Positions 1 to 10,837 of a DNA stretch of 64,000 nt are shown piece after piece. The translations under genes and the position numbers were made by a program. Numbering within the stretch: position 1 is the stretch's first letter; the number at the start of each line of letters is the position of its first letter. The notes under the pieces are model-generated. The model was not told the DNA's origin. It worked only from the letters and a program-made list of their open reading frames with translations, and did no database searches. This stretch comes from an uncultured Candidatus Saccharibacteria bacterium (GTDB lineage Bacteria; Patescibacteriota; UBA1384; DTJR01), in contig CAZOJE010000002.1 in NCBI GenBank assembly GCA_964580065.1, positions 66,978 through 130,977 of the forward strand, read 5' to 3'.

Positions 1-94
1 GTTCTTCAACCTCAAAATCTTCTTTCGAAGATTCGGTTGGCTCGGACGGTTCGTAATCTTTTTCGGGGTGAATTATATCAAGTGATTTTGGCAT
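1..94 (-). CDS. 5' part of a hypothetical protein running off the window edge (MPKSLDIIHPEKDYEPSEPTESSKEDFEVEE...)
   Basis: ATG at 94, open to the window edge, just downstream of lexA in the same orientation. Confidence 0.6.
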   Translation of the reverse strand, partial: MPKSLDIIHPEKDYEPSEPTESSKEDFEVEE

Positions 95-123
95 TAACTA
101 TATTATACAAAATCAATTACATT

Positions 124-732
124 TTATGCAAATTTTCTGATCACCCCTTTTACTCTTCCCTGAACAAGGGCTTTTTTGGTATAAATCGGCTTGTAGCTTT
201 TATTAGCCGGTTGAAGACGAATCCGTCTGTTTTCGCGATAAAATCGTTTAAGAGTTACGTTATCTTGATCGAGCAGGGCAACAACAATTTCACCATTTTT
301 AGGATTATTGGTTTTTTCGATAATAACGTAATCGCCCTCGAGAATTCCGTCATCAATCATCGAATCGCCGATGACTTTTAAAGCAAAAACGTTTGGCCCC
401 ATCATATCGCGAGGAATATCAATCGTTTCGTTAGTCCGAATTGCTTCAATGGGTTTTCCGGCGGCAATCGTGCCAACCAGAGGAATCTCAAAAGACGCTT
501 CGTCCCAAGTTGGGGTTAACTGCAAAGAACGAGCGCAAGAGGAGTCTTTTTTGAGATAACCTTTCTGTTGCAAAATATTAATATATTCCGCCACTGTTGC
601 GACCGAAGAAAAATTCAACTCTCGAGCGATTTCGCGGTAGCTGGGGGCATACTCGTTATCTTCAATAAAATTCTTTACAAAGTTAAAGATCTCGAGTTGT
701 TTCTTGGTTAAGGGCGAGATGTTTTGTCTCAT
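124..732 (-). CDS. lexA: LexA repressor
   Basis: N-terminal wHTH (LTKKQLEIF..PSYREIA), AG cleavage site (IAAGKPI), GDSM serine and TLKR lysine of the S24 peptidase; start taken at ATG 732. Confidence 0.95.
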   Translation of the reverse strand: MRQNISPLTKKQLEIFNFVKNFIEDNEYAPSYREIARELNFSSVATVAEYINILQQKGYLKKDSSCARSLQLTPTWDEASFEIPLVGTIAAGKPIEAIRTNETIDIPRDMMGPNVFALKVIGDSMIDDGILEGDYVIIEKTNNPKNGEIVVALLDQDNVTLKRFYRENRRIRLQPANKSYKPIYTKKALVQGRVKGVIRKFA

Positions 733-739
733 TAAAGTA

Positions 740-769
740 AGCTTACCAAACAAAGACCGAACGTGTCAA
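740..769 (-). promoter_or_regulatory. lexA sigma70 promoter with probable LexA operator (direct repeat) in the spacer
   Basis: TTGACA-N18-TAAGCT just upstream of ATG 732; spacer contains GTTCGGT-CTTT-GTTTGGT. Confidence 0.6.
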
Positions 770-782
770 GAGCTCAAAAAAA

Positions 783-2261
783 CTATTTGACGTATCTTTT
801 GATGCGAGAACGGGCGGATTGCGATTTGACAAATTTTAGCCAGTCTACTTTGGGCTTGGCTGATTTTCGTTTGATAATTTCTACAATATCGCCATTTTGC
901 AAAGCCGTGTCCAAGGAAGCAATCCTGCCGTTAACGATGGCGCCAGCACAATTATCACCAAGATCGCTGTGAACGCTATAAGCAAAATCAACCGGTGTGG
1001 CATCTTTGGGCAAATCCTTAACATCACCAACAGGAGTAAAAACAAAAATTCTGTCGCCAAAAATGTCCATTCTAAATGAATTGCCTAGTTCCTCAAGATC
1101 AGTGTATTTTTGGTTTTGGGAAAATTCCTTAATCCATTTTAATTGATCTTTGTTGGCCCTTTCTGAAGTGGAAGTTTTATAAACCCAATGGCTGGCAATA
1201 CCAAACTTAGCACTATGGTCCATTTCCTTCGTTCTGATTTGAAATTCAACAATGCGTCCTTCGTCGCAGAAAACAGTTGTGTGTAGCGATTGGTAGCCGT
1301 TAGGTTTTGGCAAGGCGATATAATCTTTAATTCTGCCCGGCAATGGTTTCCAAATACTATGAATAATACCCAAAACAGCGTAGCACTCCTCTAATGTGTC
1401 AACGACGACGCGCAAAGCAACAAGATCATAAATTTTAGTGATGTCATTATCATACTTTTTAAGCTTTTTGTGGAGGGAATACCACTGCTTCGCTCTAAAA
1501 CTAATTTCATTAGAAATATTATTTTTTTTCAAAATGCTTTCGAGCTTGTTTTGAATTTTTTTCAAATATTTCTCCCTTACTTTAATCTCGGGAATCGCCA
1601 GCTCGCGAAGTTCTTTATATTTTTCCGGCGATGCCATGGGGAAAGCCAGGTTTTCGATTTCCGCTTGCCACTTGGCAATTCCAAGTCGTTCAGCAATGGG
1701 CGCAAAAATTTCTAACGCTTCCTTGGCAATTCGTTCGCGCTTTTCAATTGGAAGATATTCCAGCGTTTCGAGATTATGGATCTTATCAGAAAGTTTAATC
1801 AAAATTACACGTATGTCTTTCGACATAGCCAAAAGCATTTTGCGCAACGTTTCAACTTGCCGCTCATATTCAGGGATTTCTTCTTTTTGGATTTTGATAG
1901 TTGGAAACCACGATTTTTTAATCCTAACAGAAGAAAGCTTGGTGACCGACTCGACAAGATTCGCGACATCACCGCCGAATTGCTTTCGAATCTCCTGAAA
2001 TACCATGGGCGTGTCTTCTAGTGTATCGTGTAAAATCGCCGCGACAATGGCGTCTTTATCGAGCATGAGATTGGTCAATCTGATGGCTGTATACAAAGGG
2101 TGAATAATAAATGGCTCACCTGAAGCCCTTTTTGATTCACTGTGAGCTTTTTCGGCCACTCCGATAGCTTTTTCTACTACAGCAATATCAGCTTTACTCA
2201 AATAAGATAATTTGTTGAGAAGTTCTTTTTTAAGATCTTGAGGTAATAAATTTTTCTTCAT
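783..2261 (-). CDS. rel: RelA/SpoT (Rel) bifunctional (p)ppGpp synthetase/hydrolase, short form (HD-SYN-TGS)
   Basis: RASGEPFIIHP, LHDTLED, KDYIALPKPNGYQSLHT, EFQIRT, ATPVDFAYSVH (TGS); start moved to ATG 2261. Confidence 0.93.
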   Translation of the reverse strand: MKKNLLPQDLKKELLNKLSYLSKADIAVVEKAIGVAEKAHSESKRASGEPFIIHPLYTAIRLTNLMLDKDAIVAAILHDTLEDTPMVFQEIRKQFGGDVANLVESVTKLSSVRIKKSWFPTIKIQKEEIPEYERQVETLRKMLLAMSKDIRVILIKLSDKIHNLETLEYLPIEKRERIAKEALEIFAPIAERLGIAKWQAEIENLAFPMASPEKYKELRELAIPEIKVREKYLKKIQNKLESILKKNNISNEISFRAKQWYSLHKKLKKYDNDITKIYDLVALRVVVDTLEECYAVLGIIHSIWKPLPGRIKDYIALPKPNGYQSLHTTVFCDEGRIVEFQIRTKEMDHSAKFGIASHWVYKTSTSERANKDQLKWIKEFSQNQKYTDLEELGNSFRMDIFGDRIFVFTPVGDVKDLPKDATPVDFAYSVHSDLGDNCAGAIVNGRIASLDTALQNGDIVEIIKRKSAKPKVDWLKFVKSQSARSRIKRYVK

Positions 2262-4773
2262 CAAAGTCGATCGTAATAATTTTTGCTTTTTTTTCACTGG
2301 AAAGAATTTCTTTAGAAATTTCGTTTTCTATTTCGGTTTCTATCAGACGTTTTAAAGGCCTGGCGCCGTATAATTTATCATATCCCATTTTGGAAAGAGC
2401 TTTAATAACTGCTGGCGTATAATTCAGCTGAATTCCCTTTTCCTTGAGACGGCTTTTAAGTTCATCGAGTTTTATTTTTGCAATTTTTTCCAAATCTTTA
2501 GATTTTAGCGGATCGAAAACTATGACCTTATCAAGTCGATTCAAAAGTTCTGGCCGAAAAATATCGGCTAGTTTAGAACCGATGACTTCTTTGATTTGCT
2601 GGCCCGATTCTTCAACATTTTTACTTAAATCAAAACCAATTTTTCGAATTTGGTCATATTCTTCTATGCCGATATTGGTTGTCAAAATAACAATTGTGTT
2701 TTTAAAGTCTACCTCCCGACCTTTTGCATCAGTCAGATGGCCTTCGTCCATAATTTGCAATAAAATATTAAAAATGTCGGGATGGGCTTTCTCTATTTCG
2801 TCAAACAAAACCACAGAATAAGGATTTTTGCGCACCGCTTCGGTTAATTTGCCGGCTTCTTCGTAACCGACATAACCCGGGGGCGCACCAGTCAATCGGG
2901 CAACGGTGTGGCGCTCGGAAAATTCGCTCAAATCAATTTTGATCAAAGCGTCATTTGAGCCAAAAATCTTTTTTGCAATCACTTTGGCTAATTCTGTTTT
3001 ACCCACACCGCTTGGACCCATAAAAACAAAACAGCCGATGGGCCGATCAAGGGCGCCAATGCCAGCCCGCGTGCGGCGCAAAGCGTTTGACACTTCCTTT
3101 ACGGCCTCTTCTTGTCCAATGATGTAACGGGACAGCTCTTGCTCTAAATTAAGAAACTTTTTTGACTCCTCTGTGTCAATTTCGCCTACCGGCACACCTG
3201 TTATTTTTGAAATCAAACCGGCAATATCATTTTTCTTTAAAATAATTTTTTTGCCCGATTCACTTATTTTTTTCTCAATAAGCTTTTCTTTGGCTCTTAA
3301 TTTTGCCTCTTGATCTCGAACCTTAGCGGCATCTTCAAATTTTTCCTGGTCAATTAAGCGATCTTTGATTGCGATGACCGAGTTTAGTTTTTGCTGAATC
3401 TTGTCTCGCTCTTGACTCAAGTCGTTTTTCGGCACATAAGCTACTAAACCGGCCGCCGCTTCGTCAATTAAATCTATGGCTTTGTCGGGTAAAAATCGAT
3501 CTTTAATATATCTGGCCGATAATTGCGCGGCGGCCAAAATGGCCTCATCAGAAATTTCAATACCGTGATGCTTTTCGTAAACTGCCTTCAACCCTTTTAG
3601 AATTTTAATCGTTTCCTCTACTGTCGGTTCGGAAACCTGAATCGGCTGCAATCTTCTCTCCAAGGCCTGATCTTTTTCGATGTGTTTACGATATTCGTCG
3701 TAAGTTGTGGCACCGATTAATCTGATTTCACCGCGGCTTAAAGCCGGCTTTAAAATATTTGCGGCATCCATTGACCCTTCGGCCGCACCGGCACCGACGA
3801 TGGTGTGCAATTCATCTATAAATAAAATAATATTTTTATCCTTAATACATTCCTGAATCACTCTTTTCAAACGGTCTTCAAATTGGCCGCGGTACATTGT
3901 TCCGGCAATCAAAAGGCCAAGATCAAGTTGAATAACTTTTTTTCCTGATAGTTTTTCTGGCGCCTGGCCTGAAGCAATACGACTAGCAATCCCTTCTACC
4001 ACCGCCGTTTTACCTACGCCCGGATCGCCGATAAAAATCGGATTATTTTTAGTACGGCGGAGAAGGATTTGAATTGCACGCTCAACCTCAACTTCACGGC
4101 CGATCACTGGATCAAGCTTCTTTTCTTTGGCTTTTTTGGTCAGGTCAATACCAAAATATTCAAGCAGAGATTTTTTTGCTTCGCGAGGCAATGGCGGCTT
4201 GGTTGCTCCCACCGCGCCTAACGGTTCGCCTGTTATATCTTCTTCAGCAAAACCGCCTTCTGGTACCGGTGGGATTGGTGGCATTTTTTGGCGAGAAAGC
4301 ATTTCATTCATTTCGGCCAAATCATTAAAAATCCCCAAAATTTGATTTTTTATTTGTTCAGGGTTAATGCCAACCTGTTCGACGCAAAGATAGCTGCCAA
4401 ATTTTTTGTCTGATAAAACAGCAATCAGCAAATGTTCTGTGTCAACATTATAATGACCGTAGTCGGCTGAAATCCGGAAAGAAATCTTGAGACATTCACG
4501 AGCGTTATCTGTCATATTGGTACCGTATTTCACTTTTGAGACAAGATGATTTTTTTTCAAACTCAAAACAAGCCGTACCTGGTCGTAAGTTACGGAATAC
4601 TCACGCAAAATATCATGGGCGAGAGTGCCGGGCACTTGGATTAGAGCAAGCAGGATATATTCGGTCGAAATGGGTTTTTTGTCAGACTCGGCAATCTTCT
4701 GCGATTCCTCGAGAACTATTTTTGCGTTTTGAGAAAATTTATCTAAGATATCTTTCTCATCCATCTTACCCAC
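2230..4773 (-). CDS. clpC: ATP-dependent Clp protease ATP-binding subunit ClpC
   Basis: Clp N-terminal repeats, two AAA+ modules ([16 protein letters not shown]), UVR-like [18 protein letters not shown]. Confidence 0.93.
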   Translation of the reverse strand: MGKMDEKDILDKFSQNAKIVLEESQKIAESDKKPISTEYILLALIQVPGTLAHDILREYSVTYDQVRLVLSLKKNHLVSKVKYGTNMTDNARECLKISFRISADYGHYNVDTEHLLIAVLSDKKFGSYLCVEQVGINPEQIKNQILGIFNDLAEMNEMLSRQKMPPIPPVPEGGFAEEDITGEPLGAVGATKPPLPREAKKSLLEYFGIDLTKKAKEKKLDPVIGREVEVERAIQILLRRTKNNPIFIGDPGVGKTAVVEGIASRIASGQAPEKLSGKKVIQLDLGLLIAGTMYRGQFEDRLKRVIQECIKDKNIILFIDELHTIVGAGAAEGSMDAANILKPALSRGEIRLIGATTYDEYRKHIEKDQALERRLQPIQVSEPTVEETIKILKGLKAVYEKHHGIEISDEAILAAAQLSARYIKDRFLPDKAIDLIDEAAAGLVAYVPKNDLSQERDKIQQKLNSVIAIKDRLIDQEKFEDAAKVRDQEAKLRAKEKLIEKKISESGKKIILKKNDIAGLISKITGVPVGEIDTEESKKFLNLEQELSRYIIGQEEAVKEVSNALRRTRAGIGALDRPIGCFVFMGPSGVGKTELAKVIAKKIFGSNDALIKIDLSEFSERHTVARLTGAPPGYVGYEEAGKLTEAVRKNPYSVVLFDEIEKAHPDIFNILLQIMDEGHLTDAKGREVDFKNTIVILTTNIGIEEYDQIRKIGFDLSKNVEESGQQIKEVIGSKLADIFRPELLNRLDKVIVFDPLKSKDLEKIAKIKLDELKSRLKEKGIQLNYTPAVIKALSKMGYDKLYGARPLKRLIETEIENEISKEILSSEKKAKIITIDFDEEKFITSRS

Positions 4774-5946
4774 TTATTTTTTCTTTTTCTTAGACTTGGC
4801 CTTGCCTGTCTCTTTAGTCTCCTCGTTTGATTTTTCTTCTGGCAAAGATTCTTCCGAAGATTCTTGTTTCTCTTCTTCGATTAATTCGGCTGATTTCTCG
4901 GTCTTATTGTCTTTGACAATATCGAGAGTCCAGCCAGTTAGTTTACTGGCTAAGCGGACATTCTGGCCGCCCCGACCAATAGCTAAAGAAAGCTGATCAT
5001 CAGGAACCCAAATTTTAGCAGAATTTTCTTTGTTATTGAATTTTATCTTGTCGATTTTAGCCGGAGAAAGAGCATTTTTGACTAACTGCTCCATATCATC
5101 ATCATAAAGAATGATATCGATTTTTTCATTTGGCAATTCAGTCAAGATGGCTTGAACTCTTGTACCGCGTTGTCCAACCACCGACCCAACCGCATCCAAG
5201 CTTTCGTCGTTCGATCGAACGGCTAGCTTCGTTCGTGAACCGGCCTCGCGGGCAATGCTAACAATTTCGATAGAACCGGATTCAATTTCCGGAACTTCTT
5301 GGGCAAATAAACCCTTAATGAACTCTGTTCGCGATCGTGAAACTAGAATACGTGGTCCTTTGTTAGTTTCTTCGACCTCGCTAACATAAACTTTCAAGCG
5401 CTGACCAGTATAATATCTTTCACCTTGAATTTGGTCGTTGGAAAGCATGATGCCGTTAATTTTGCCTAAATCGACGATAACATTTGGCCCTTCAAGCCGT
5501 TGAATGACACCGTTGACAATTTTATTTTCTCTACCCTTAAATTCTTCATAAAGCATTTCGCGTTCGGCTTCGCGAAGCTTTTGAATAATAACTTGTTTGG
5601 CGGTTTGAGCGGCAACGCGGCCAAAATCAGATTGTTCTTCTAGTTCCTCAAGAATCTCGTCGCCGGCTTGAATATCTTTCTTCTTTTTTCGGGCCTCAGT
5701 AATCGAAACTTGTGCTTCAGGGTTGGCGATTTCCTCGTCTTCTCCCATTACAGTGAAAACGCGCCAGACTTTCATTGAGTTAGAAGCGGGGTCTAATTTA
5801 ATTTTAATCGCTTGACCCGGTCGACCATAATCTTTGCGGTAAGCCGCAGCAAGGGCGGACTCGACAGCACTAAAAACAATTTCTTCGGGTAAATTTTTTT
5901 CGTCAGAGAGTTGTTTTATGACGGATAAAAACTCTGATATTTGCAT
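4774..5946 (-). CDS. nusA: Transcription termination/antitermination factor NusA
   Basis: FGRVAAQTAKQVI, AREAGSRTK, SLAIGRGGQNVRLASKLTGW. Confidence 0.97.
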   Translation of the reverse strand: MQISEFLSVIKQLSDEKNLPEEIVFSAVESALAAAYRKDYGRPGQAIKIKLDPASNSMKVWRVFTVMGEDEEIANPEAQVSITEARKKKKDIQAGDEILEELEEQSDFGRVAAQTAKQVIIQKLREAEREMLYEEFKGRENKIVNGVIQRLEGPNVIVDLGKINGIMLSNDQIQGERYYTGQRLKVYVSEVEETNKGPRILVSRSRTEFIKGLFAQEVPEIESGSIEIVSIAREAGSRTKLAVRSNDESLDAVGSVVGQRGTRVQAILTELPNEKIDIILYDDDMEQLVKNALSPAKIDKIKFNNKENSAKIWVPDDQLSLAIGRGGQNVRLASKLTGWTLDIVKDNKTEKSAELIEEEKQESSEESLPEEKSNEETKETGKAKSKKKKK

Positions 5947-6005
5947 TTTGCTCCTTATATTGGTTAAATTTACAAATTAAAGCGGCCATAGCCGCTTCAT
6001 TAAAT

Positions 6006-6034
6006 AATCTAGCTTATTTTCTGCTAAAAGTCAA
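6006..6034 (-). promoter_or_regulatory. sigma70-like promoter for nusA-clpC-rel
   Basis: TTGACT-N17-TAGATT on the minus strand ~60 nt upstream of nusA. Confidence 0.5.
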
Positions 6035-6766
6035 CCTCTTTACCCCCTGTCCGACCACCCTAAAGGGAAAAATAATAACGGCCGAAAATATTCTCTTGTA
6101 ACGCCTCGGTTCTATGACTAAACGATAAAGCCATTCCAGCCCCAGCGATTGCGCAACTTTTGGCGCGCGTGGGAGTGTTTTAGAGATAAAATCCAGCGTT
6201 CCACCCAAACCAATAAATATATTTGCCCCAACATCGGCAATATTGTTTGCGATCCACTTTTCTTGTTTTGGCGCCCCCAAACAAACAAAAACAATCTCGG
6301 CGCCAGAGCCATTAATAAGCTTTGTGATTTCGGGATTTTTTTCTTGAGATATAATGGCGCCGTCATACCACCCTGCAATTTTTAAATCAGGATAAATCTT
6401 TTTAAGTTCATCGCGCGATTTTTCGCCTACGCCACTTCGACCACCTAAAAAATAAATTGATTTATTGTTTTTTTGAGCAATTCGACAGAGGTCAAAAACA
6501 AAATTCGCTCCTTGGATACGCTCAATTTTTTCCCGCCCCAACAAACGAGCGGCTGTTGCTACGCCGACGCTGTCAGCCAGTTTTATATCAAATTCATTTA
6601 TTATTTTTCGATAATCGCTATGGGTATGAGCGTAATTGGCAATTTCATTGTTAATAGTAGCGATTTTTATTTTTGTGTTGCTTATTAGAGCGTCTTCAAC
6701 GGACTGAATTAGTTGATTGCGATTAAAACAGTTTATTTGAACGCCAAGAACGTCAATATTTTTCAT
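6014..6766 (-). CDS. WecB/TagA/CpsF family glycosyltransferase
   Basis: ADSVGV, ERIQGAN, CLGAPKQEKW, GLEWLYRL motifs. Confidence 0.9.
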   Translation of the reverse strand: MKNIDVLGVQINCFNRNQLIQSVEDALISNTKIKIATINNEIANYAHTHSDYRKIINEFDIKLADSVGVATAARLLGREKIERIQGANFVFDLCRIAQKNNKSIYFLGGRSGVGEKSRDELKKIYPDLKIAGWYDGAIISQEKNPEITKLINGSGAEIVFVCLGAPKQEKWIANNIADVGANIFIGLGGTLDFISKTLPRAPKVAQSLGLEWLYRLVIEPRRYKRIFSAVIIFPFRVVGQGVKRLTFSRK

Positions 6767-7428
6767 CTGATTAAAGCCCGATAAACTTTTCCGCCATTTT
6801 CATAAATTACTGATTTACCGGAATTAACAAAAACAACCGGTGTATCAGAATCTTTATCAAGAATTTCGGTTAAATTAGTCCCGTTAGTGTCCATTATTTT
6901 AAGCTTTTTGTTTTGCGTAAAAGCAATATAGCGAGTTGAATAACGGCATAAGCCCGTTACTTTGTCCGAAAATCTGGTGATTAAGGTGTCGTCTTGGTAA
7001 ATTTCACCGTTAGAATTAACTAAATTGTAAACGTCAGCCATTTCCGTAATAGATTGAGTTGAGTCTTTCAGGGCGTATTCTTCAATTTTTGGCTGCATTG
7101 AGAACAAAACGATATCGGAAATTACTTCGGCTTGTCCGGCAATCAAATTAACGCTTTTTTGCCACGAATGGTAGCCCTCTTTTTTGACTTCTACATTATA
7201 TAAATCAGCTTTAAGCCCCCTTTTGACAACGTGGCCGTTGCCAGAAAGTTCATCATCAATGTATATTTGAGCGTCAGCATCACGAGATTGAATCTCCAGA
7301 GTTGAAGTCGGTAGCAAACTTTTATTGGTTAGGTCTATTCGATAGCCAGCGGCATAAATTACAATTAAGCCGGCGGCAAGACAAAAAAGAACCACTGACG
7401 AGATATAACTAAATATTTTGTAAATCAT
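6763..7428 (-). CDS. Membrane-anchored PEGA-domain protein
   Basis: N-terminal TM ending YAAGYRID; PEGA-like AQIYIDD..YNVEVKKEGYHSW. Confidence 0.7.
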   Translation of the reverse strand: MIYKIFSYISSVVLFCLAAGLIVIYAAGYRIDLTNKSLLPTSTLEIQSRDADAQIYIDDELSGNGHVVKRGLKADLYNVEVKKEGYHSWQKSVNLIAGQAEVISDIVLFSMQPKIEEYALKDSTQSITEMADVYNLVNSNGEIYQDDTLITRFSDKVTGLCRYSTRYIAFTQNKKLKIMDTNGTNLTEILDKDSDTPVVFVNSGKSVIYENGGKVYRALIR

Positions 7429-7482
7429 TTTTTATTGCTAAATGTTATTTTTCAAGATAAATTATACTATTGTGGAGGATAT

Positions 7483-8736
7483 ATGGCTAGATTAAAAATA
7501 TATGGGAAAACAAAACTTTGCGGAAGAGTAAAAATCAGCGGGGCCAAAAACGAAGCCCTTAAAGCAATCCCGCTGACTGTTATTTTGAAAAACAAAGTTA
7601 GAATTTGCAATGCCCCGAATATTATTGATGTTGTCAATCAAGCAAAAATTCTCGAATCTCTTGGCGCAAAAATAAGCTTTGCCGACAATGTAATTTCGGT
7701 TGATCCAACTTTAATTACCCGTCACGACATCACTTCAACTTGCGCCGGAAAATTACGGGCTTCGATTGTTTTTGCCGGTCCCCTTTTGGCAAGATTTGGC
7801 GAAGTAAGCTTGCCTTACCCGGGTGGCTGTTTGATTGGAGCCAGACCAATAGACACTCATTTAAACGCTTTTCGTCAAGTAGGTGCCAAAATAAAGGAAA
7901 ATAAAGATGTTTTCTCAATTTGTTTAGCCAATCCAACTAACAGCAATGTAATTTTGCAAGAAAAAAGTGTGACAGCCACCGAAAATATTGTTTTATACGC
8001 CGCCGGTGTACCAGTAAAAACTAAAATCGAAAATTGTGCGATCGAGCCGGAAATAACCGATCTTTTGCACCAACTTGTCAAAGCCGGCTGTCGGATAAAA
8101 GGTATCGGTGAAAGGTCTATCGAAATAATCGGCTCAAAAGACTTATCTTTAGATGAGTTCACTGTAATGCCAGACAGAATTGAAGCTGGTACATTTGCCG
8201 CCGCCTTTATTTCTACTGGCGGACAAGGTGAAATTTCTCCTTTTCCTGCGGAAAGTTTAACCTCATTTTTGGATATATTAGAAGACTGCGGCGCGAAGAT
8301 TAAAATTAAAGATGACACAGCCATCGTTAGCGGCGGCGGCAAATTAAAACCCTTCAAAATCTCTACTGCGCCATATCCGGATTTTCCTACCGACCTGCAA
8401 TCGCCGATGTCTTTAATTGCCGCTTGCGCCGAAGGCGAATCAATAATTATTGAAAATATGTTTGAGAATCGCCTTTTTTATTTAAATGAATTAAAGAAAA
8501 TGGGGCTTAAAGCAGAAATCCTAGACCCCCACACAGCTAAAATTAACGGCGGGGCGAATCTTAAGCCAACAACTATCGAATCTCTAGATTTACGATCGGG
8601 AATTACCTTACTAATTGCCGCTATCATGACCGAGGGAACGACAATCATTGAAAATGCCCAAATTATTGATCGTGGTTACGAAAAAATTGAAGAAAAATTA
8701 AAAGCTTTGGGGGCAAAAATTGAAAGGATTGACTAA
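7483..8736 (+). CDS. murA: UDP-N-acetylglucosamine 1-carboxyvinyltransferase
   Basis: SGAKN, LRAS, PGGCLIGARP, PDRIEAGT, DLRSG, IDRGYE; GGAGG RBS before ATG 7483. Confidence 0.96.
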   Translation: MARLKIYGKTKLCGRVKISGAKNEALKAIPLTVILKNKVRICNAPNIIDVVNQAKILESLGAKISFADNVISVDPTLITRHDITSTCAGKLRASIVFAGPLLARFGEVSLPYPGGCLIGARPIDTHLNAFRQVGAKIKENKDVFSICLANPTNSNVILQEKSVTATENIVLYAAGVPVKTKIENCAIEPEITDLLHQLVKAGCRIKGIGERSIEIIGSKDLSLDEFTVMPDRIEAGTFAAAFISTGGQGEISPFPAESLTSFLDILEDCGAKIKIKDDTAIVSGGGKLKPFKISTAPYPDFPTDLQSPMSLIAACAEGESIIIENMFENRLFYLNELKKMGLKAEILDPHTAKINGGANLKPTTIESLDLRSGITLLIAAIMTEGTTIIENAQIIDRGYEKIEEKLKALGAKIERID

Positions 8737-9743
8737 TGGCACAGCAAATTGGAATTGATTTAGGTACTTCAAATATTAGGTTTTTTATTCCCAAACGAGG
8801 CATTGTTATTGATGAACCAAATGTTGTGGCTCTTTCAACCGCTAGCCAAAAAGTTATTTCCGTCGGCGAAGAAGCAAAATTGATGCTCGGGCGAACACCC
8901 GATTCGATTATCGCCTGTTATCCTTTAACCGGCGGCGTTATTGCCAGCTATAAAACAACCAAGCAAATGCTTAGTATTTACCTTGGAAAACTACTGGGGA
9001 AAGTCCGGCTTTTTAAGCCGGATATTCTTATAAATGTGCCGGTCGGCGCAACCTCAACAGAAAGAAAAGCTGTTTTTGATGCGGCGGAATCAGTTGGCGC
9101 TCGAAATGTTTATCTTGTTAAATCTCCTTTGGCTGCCGCCATCGGCGCCGGTATCGACATAGTTTCAAGCTCGGGAAATATGCTTATTGATATCGGTGGC
9201 GGCAAAACTGAAGTAGTCGTTATTTCTTTGGGAGATATTGTTTGCTCTAGTTCTGTCCGCTACGGCGGAGAAAAGATTGATGAAGCGGTTATTTCTTATA
9301 TCCGCAAAAAACATAATTTAGTTGTTGGGGCGCAAACGGCCGAAAAAATCAAAAAATCAATTGGTTCGGCCATGACCGCCAAATCCGATGCAAAAGAAGA
9401 AATTTCGGGTAGCAATACCATTTCGGGTTTGCCGGAAAGCATCATGGTTTCTTCTTCTGACATAGTTGCCGCTATTAAGCCAGTCCTTAATGAAATTATC
9501 TTATCGGTTAAGCAAGTTTTGCAAAAAACTCCGCCGGAACTTTCCAGCGATGTTATGGATAAAGGAATTTTAATGAGTGGCGGCGGGGCTAAATTAAACA
9601 AGTTTGACGATTTGCTAACTAAAATCAGTGGTGTCCCCTGTCAAGTTGCAGAAGAACCAGACCTGTGTACAATTAAAGGCATAGGAATAATTCTGGAAAA
9701 TTTTGAGAATTTTTCGGATTCATTAATATGGAAAAACAAATAA
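8736..9743 (+). CDS. mreB: Rod shape-determining protein MreB
   Basis: IGIDLGTSN, AAAIGAG, DIGGGKTE, TPPELSSD, SGGGA. Confidence 0.92.
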   Translation: MAQQIGIDLGTSNIRFFIPKRGIVIDEPNVVALSTASQKVISVGEEAKLMLGRTPDSIIACYPLTGGVIASYKTTKQMLSIYLGKLLGKVRLFKPDILINVPVGATSTERKAVFDAAESVGARNVYLVKSPLAAAIGAGIDIVSSSGNMLIDIGGGKTEVVVISLGDIVCSSSVRYGGEKIDEAVISYIRKKHNLVVGAQTAEKIKKSIGSAMTAKSDAKEEISGSNTISGLPESIMVSSSDIVAAIKPVLNEIILSVKQVLQKTPPELSSDVMDKGILMSGGGAKLNKFDDLLTKISGVPCQVAEEPDLCTIKGIGIILENFENFSDSLIWKNK

Positions 9744-10837
9744 TTGGCGTTGACGCTTCTCGTTCAAATTCGACTCAGAAAACCGGAACCGAGTACTATT
9801 CTTACGAGTTAATCAGAAATCTAGCTAAGTTTGATAATGCTTTTTTTCGCTTATATTCAAAAGAACCGTTGGATTATTTACCAAAAAGTGACCATTGCGA
9901 AAACAAAGTGATGCAGTTTCCTCGGCTTTGGAGCCAGATTCGTTTAAGCTGGGAAATATTTCAAAATCCACCGGCCGTTTTGTTTGAACCAGCCCATACA
10001 ATCCCCCTTTACCATGGCAAAAAAACGGTCGTCACCTTGCACGATTTGGGTTTTAAACATTTTCCAGAGCTCTACACACCGCTAGAGCGAATTTACCACA
10101 GTTTTTGTATGGATTTTTCAACGCGACATGCTATAAAAATTATTGCTATTTCGCAGGCCACAAAGAAAGACCTCATTGATATTTATCATGTCGACGAGAA
10201 AAAGATCGAAGTTATTTATCATGGCTTTGACAAGGATAAATTTTATCCGGCTCAAAAACCGGCCGGCGAAAAAATCAAAGCTTTAATGCCATATATATTT
10301 TTTATCGGCCGGCTTGAGGCCAAGAAAAATATTGTAAATTTGATAAAATCTTACGGTTTATTGCGCCAAAACGATCAGATCAAAGAAAAATTAGTTTTAG
10401 CCGGCCGGCCTGGTTATTTGTATGAGGATATCAAAAAAGAAATCGACGCTCTCCCAGCCAAAATTCGCCAAGATGTTATTGAGCTTGGCTATGTGCCCGA
10501 TGAAGAAGTTGGCGATCTTTCGAGATATGCTTCGGTTTTTGCCTTTCCTAGTCGCTTTGAAGGATTTGGTATGCCGCTACTGGAGGAAATGGCTTGTGGC
10601 GTGCCGGTTGTCGCTTCAAATACCACCTCAATTCCCGAAATTGTGGGTGAAGCCGGACTTTTAAGCGATCCTGACGATGCAGAAAAATTTTCCTATAATC
10701 TCGAACAAGCCATTACAAATATCGACCTAAGAAAGAAAATTATTGAAAAAGGTCTTAAAAGATCCGCGGAATTTTCTTGGGAAAAATGCGCTCGAGAAAC
10801 TCTCAACCTAATCTTATCAGTAGCAAATAAACAATAG
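9728..10837 (+). CDS. Glycosyltransferase family 4 (GT-B)
   Basis: TLHDL, GRLEAKKN, FPSRFEGFGMPLLEEMACGVPV. Confidence 0.9.
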   Translation: MEKQIIGVDASRSNSTQKTGTEYYSYELIRNLAKFDNAFFRLYSKEPLDYLPKSDHCENKVMQFPRLWSQIRLSWEIFQNPPAVLFEPAHTIPLYHGKKTVVTLHDLGFKHFPELYTPLERIYHSFCMDFSTRHAIKIIAISQATKKDLIDIYHVDEKKIEVIYHGFDKDKFYPAQKPAGEKIKALMPYIFFIGRLEAKKNIVNLIKSYGLLRQNDQIKEKLVLAGRPGYLYEDIKKEIDALPAKIRQDVIELGYVPDEEVGDLSRYASVFAFPSRFEGFGMPLLEEMACGVPVVASNTTSIPEIVGEAGLLSDPDDAEKFSYNLEQAITNIDLRKKIIEKGLKRSAEFSWEKCARETLNLILSVANKQ

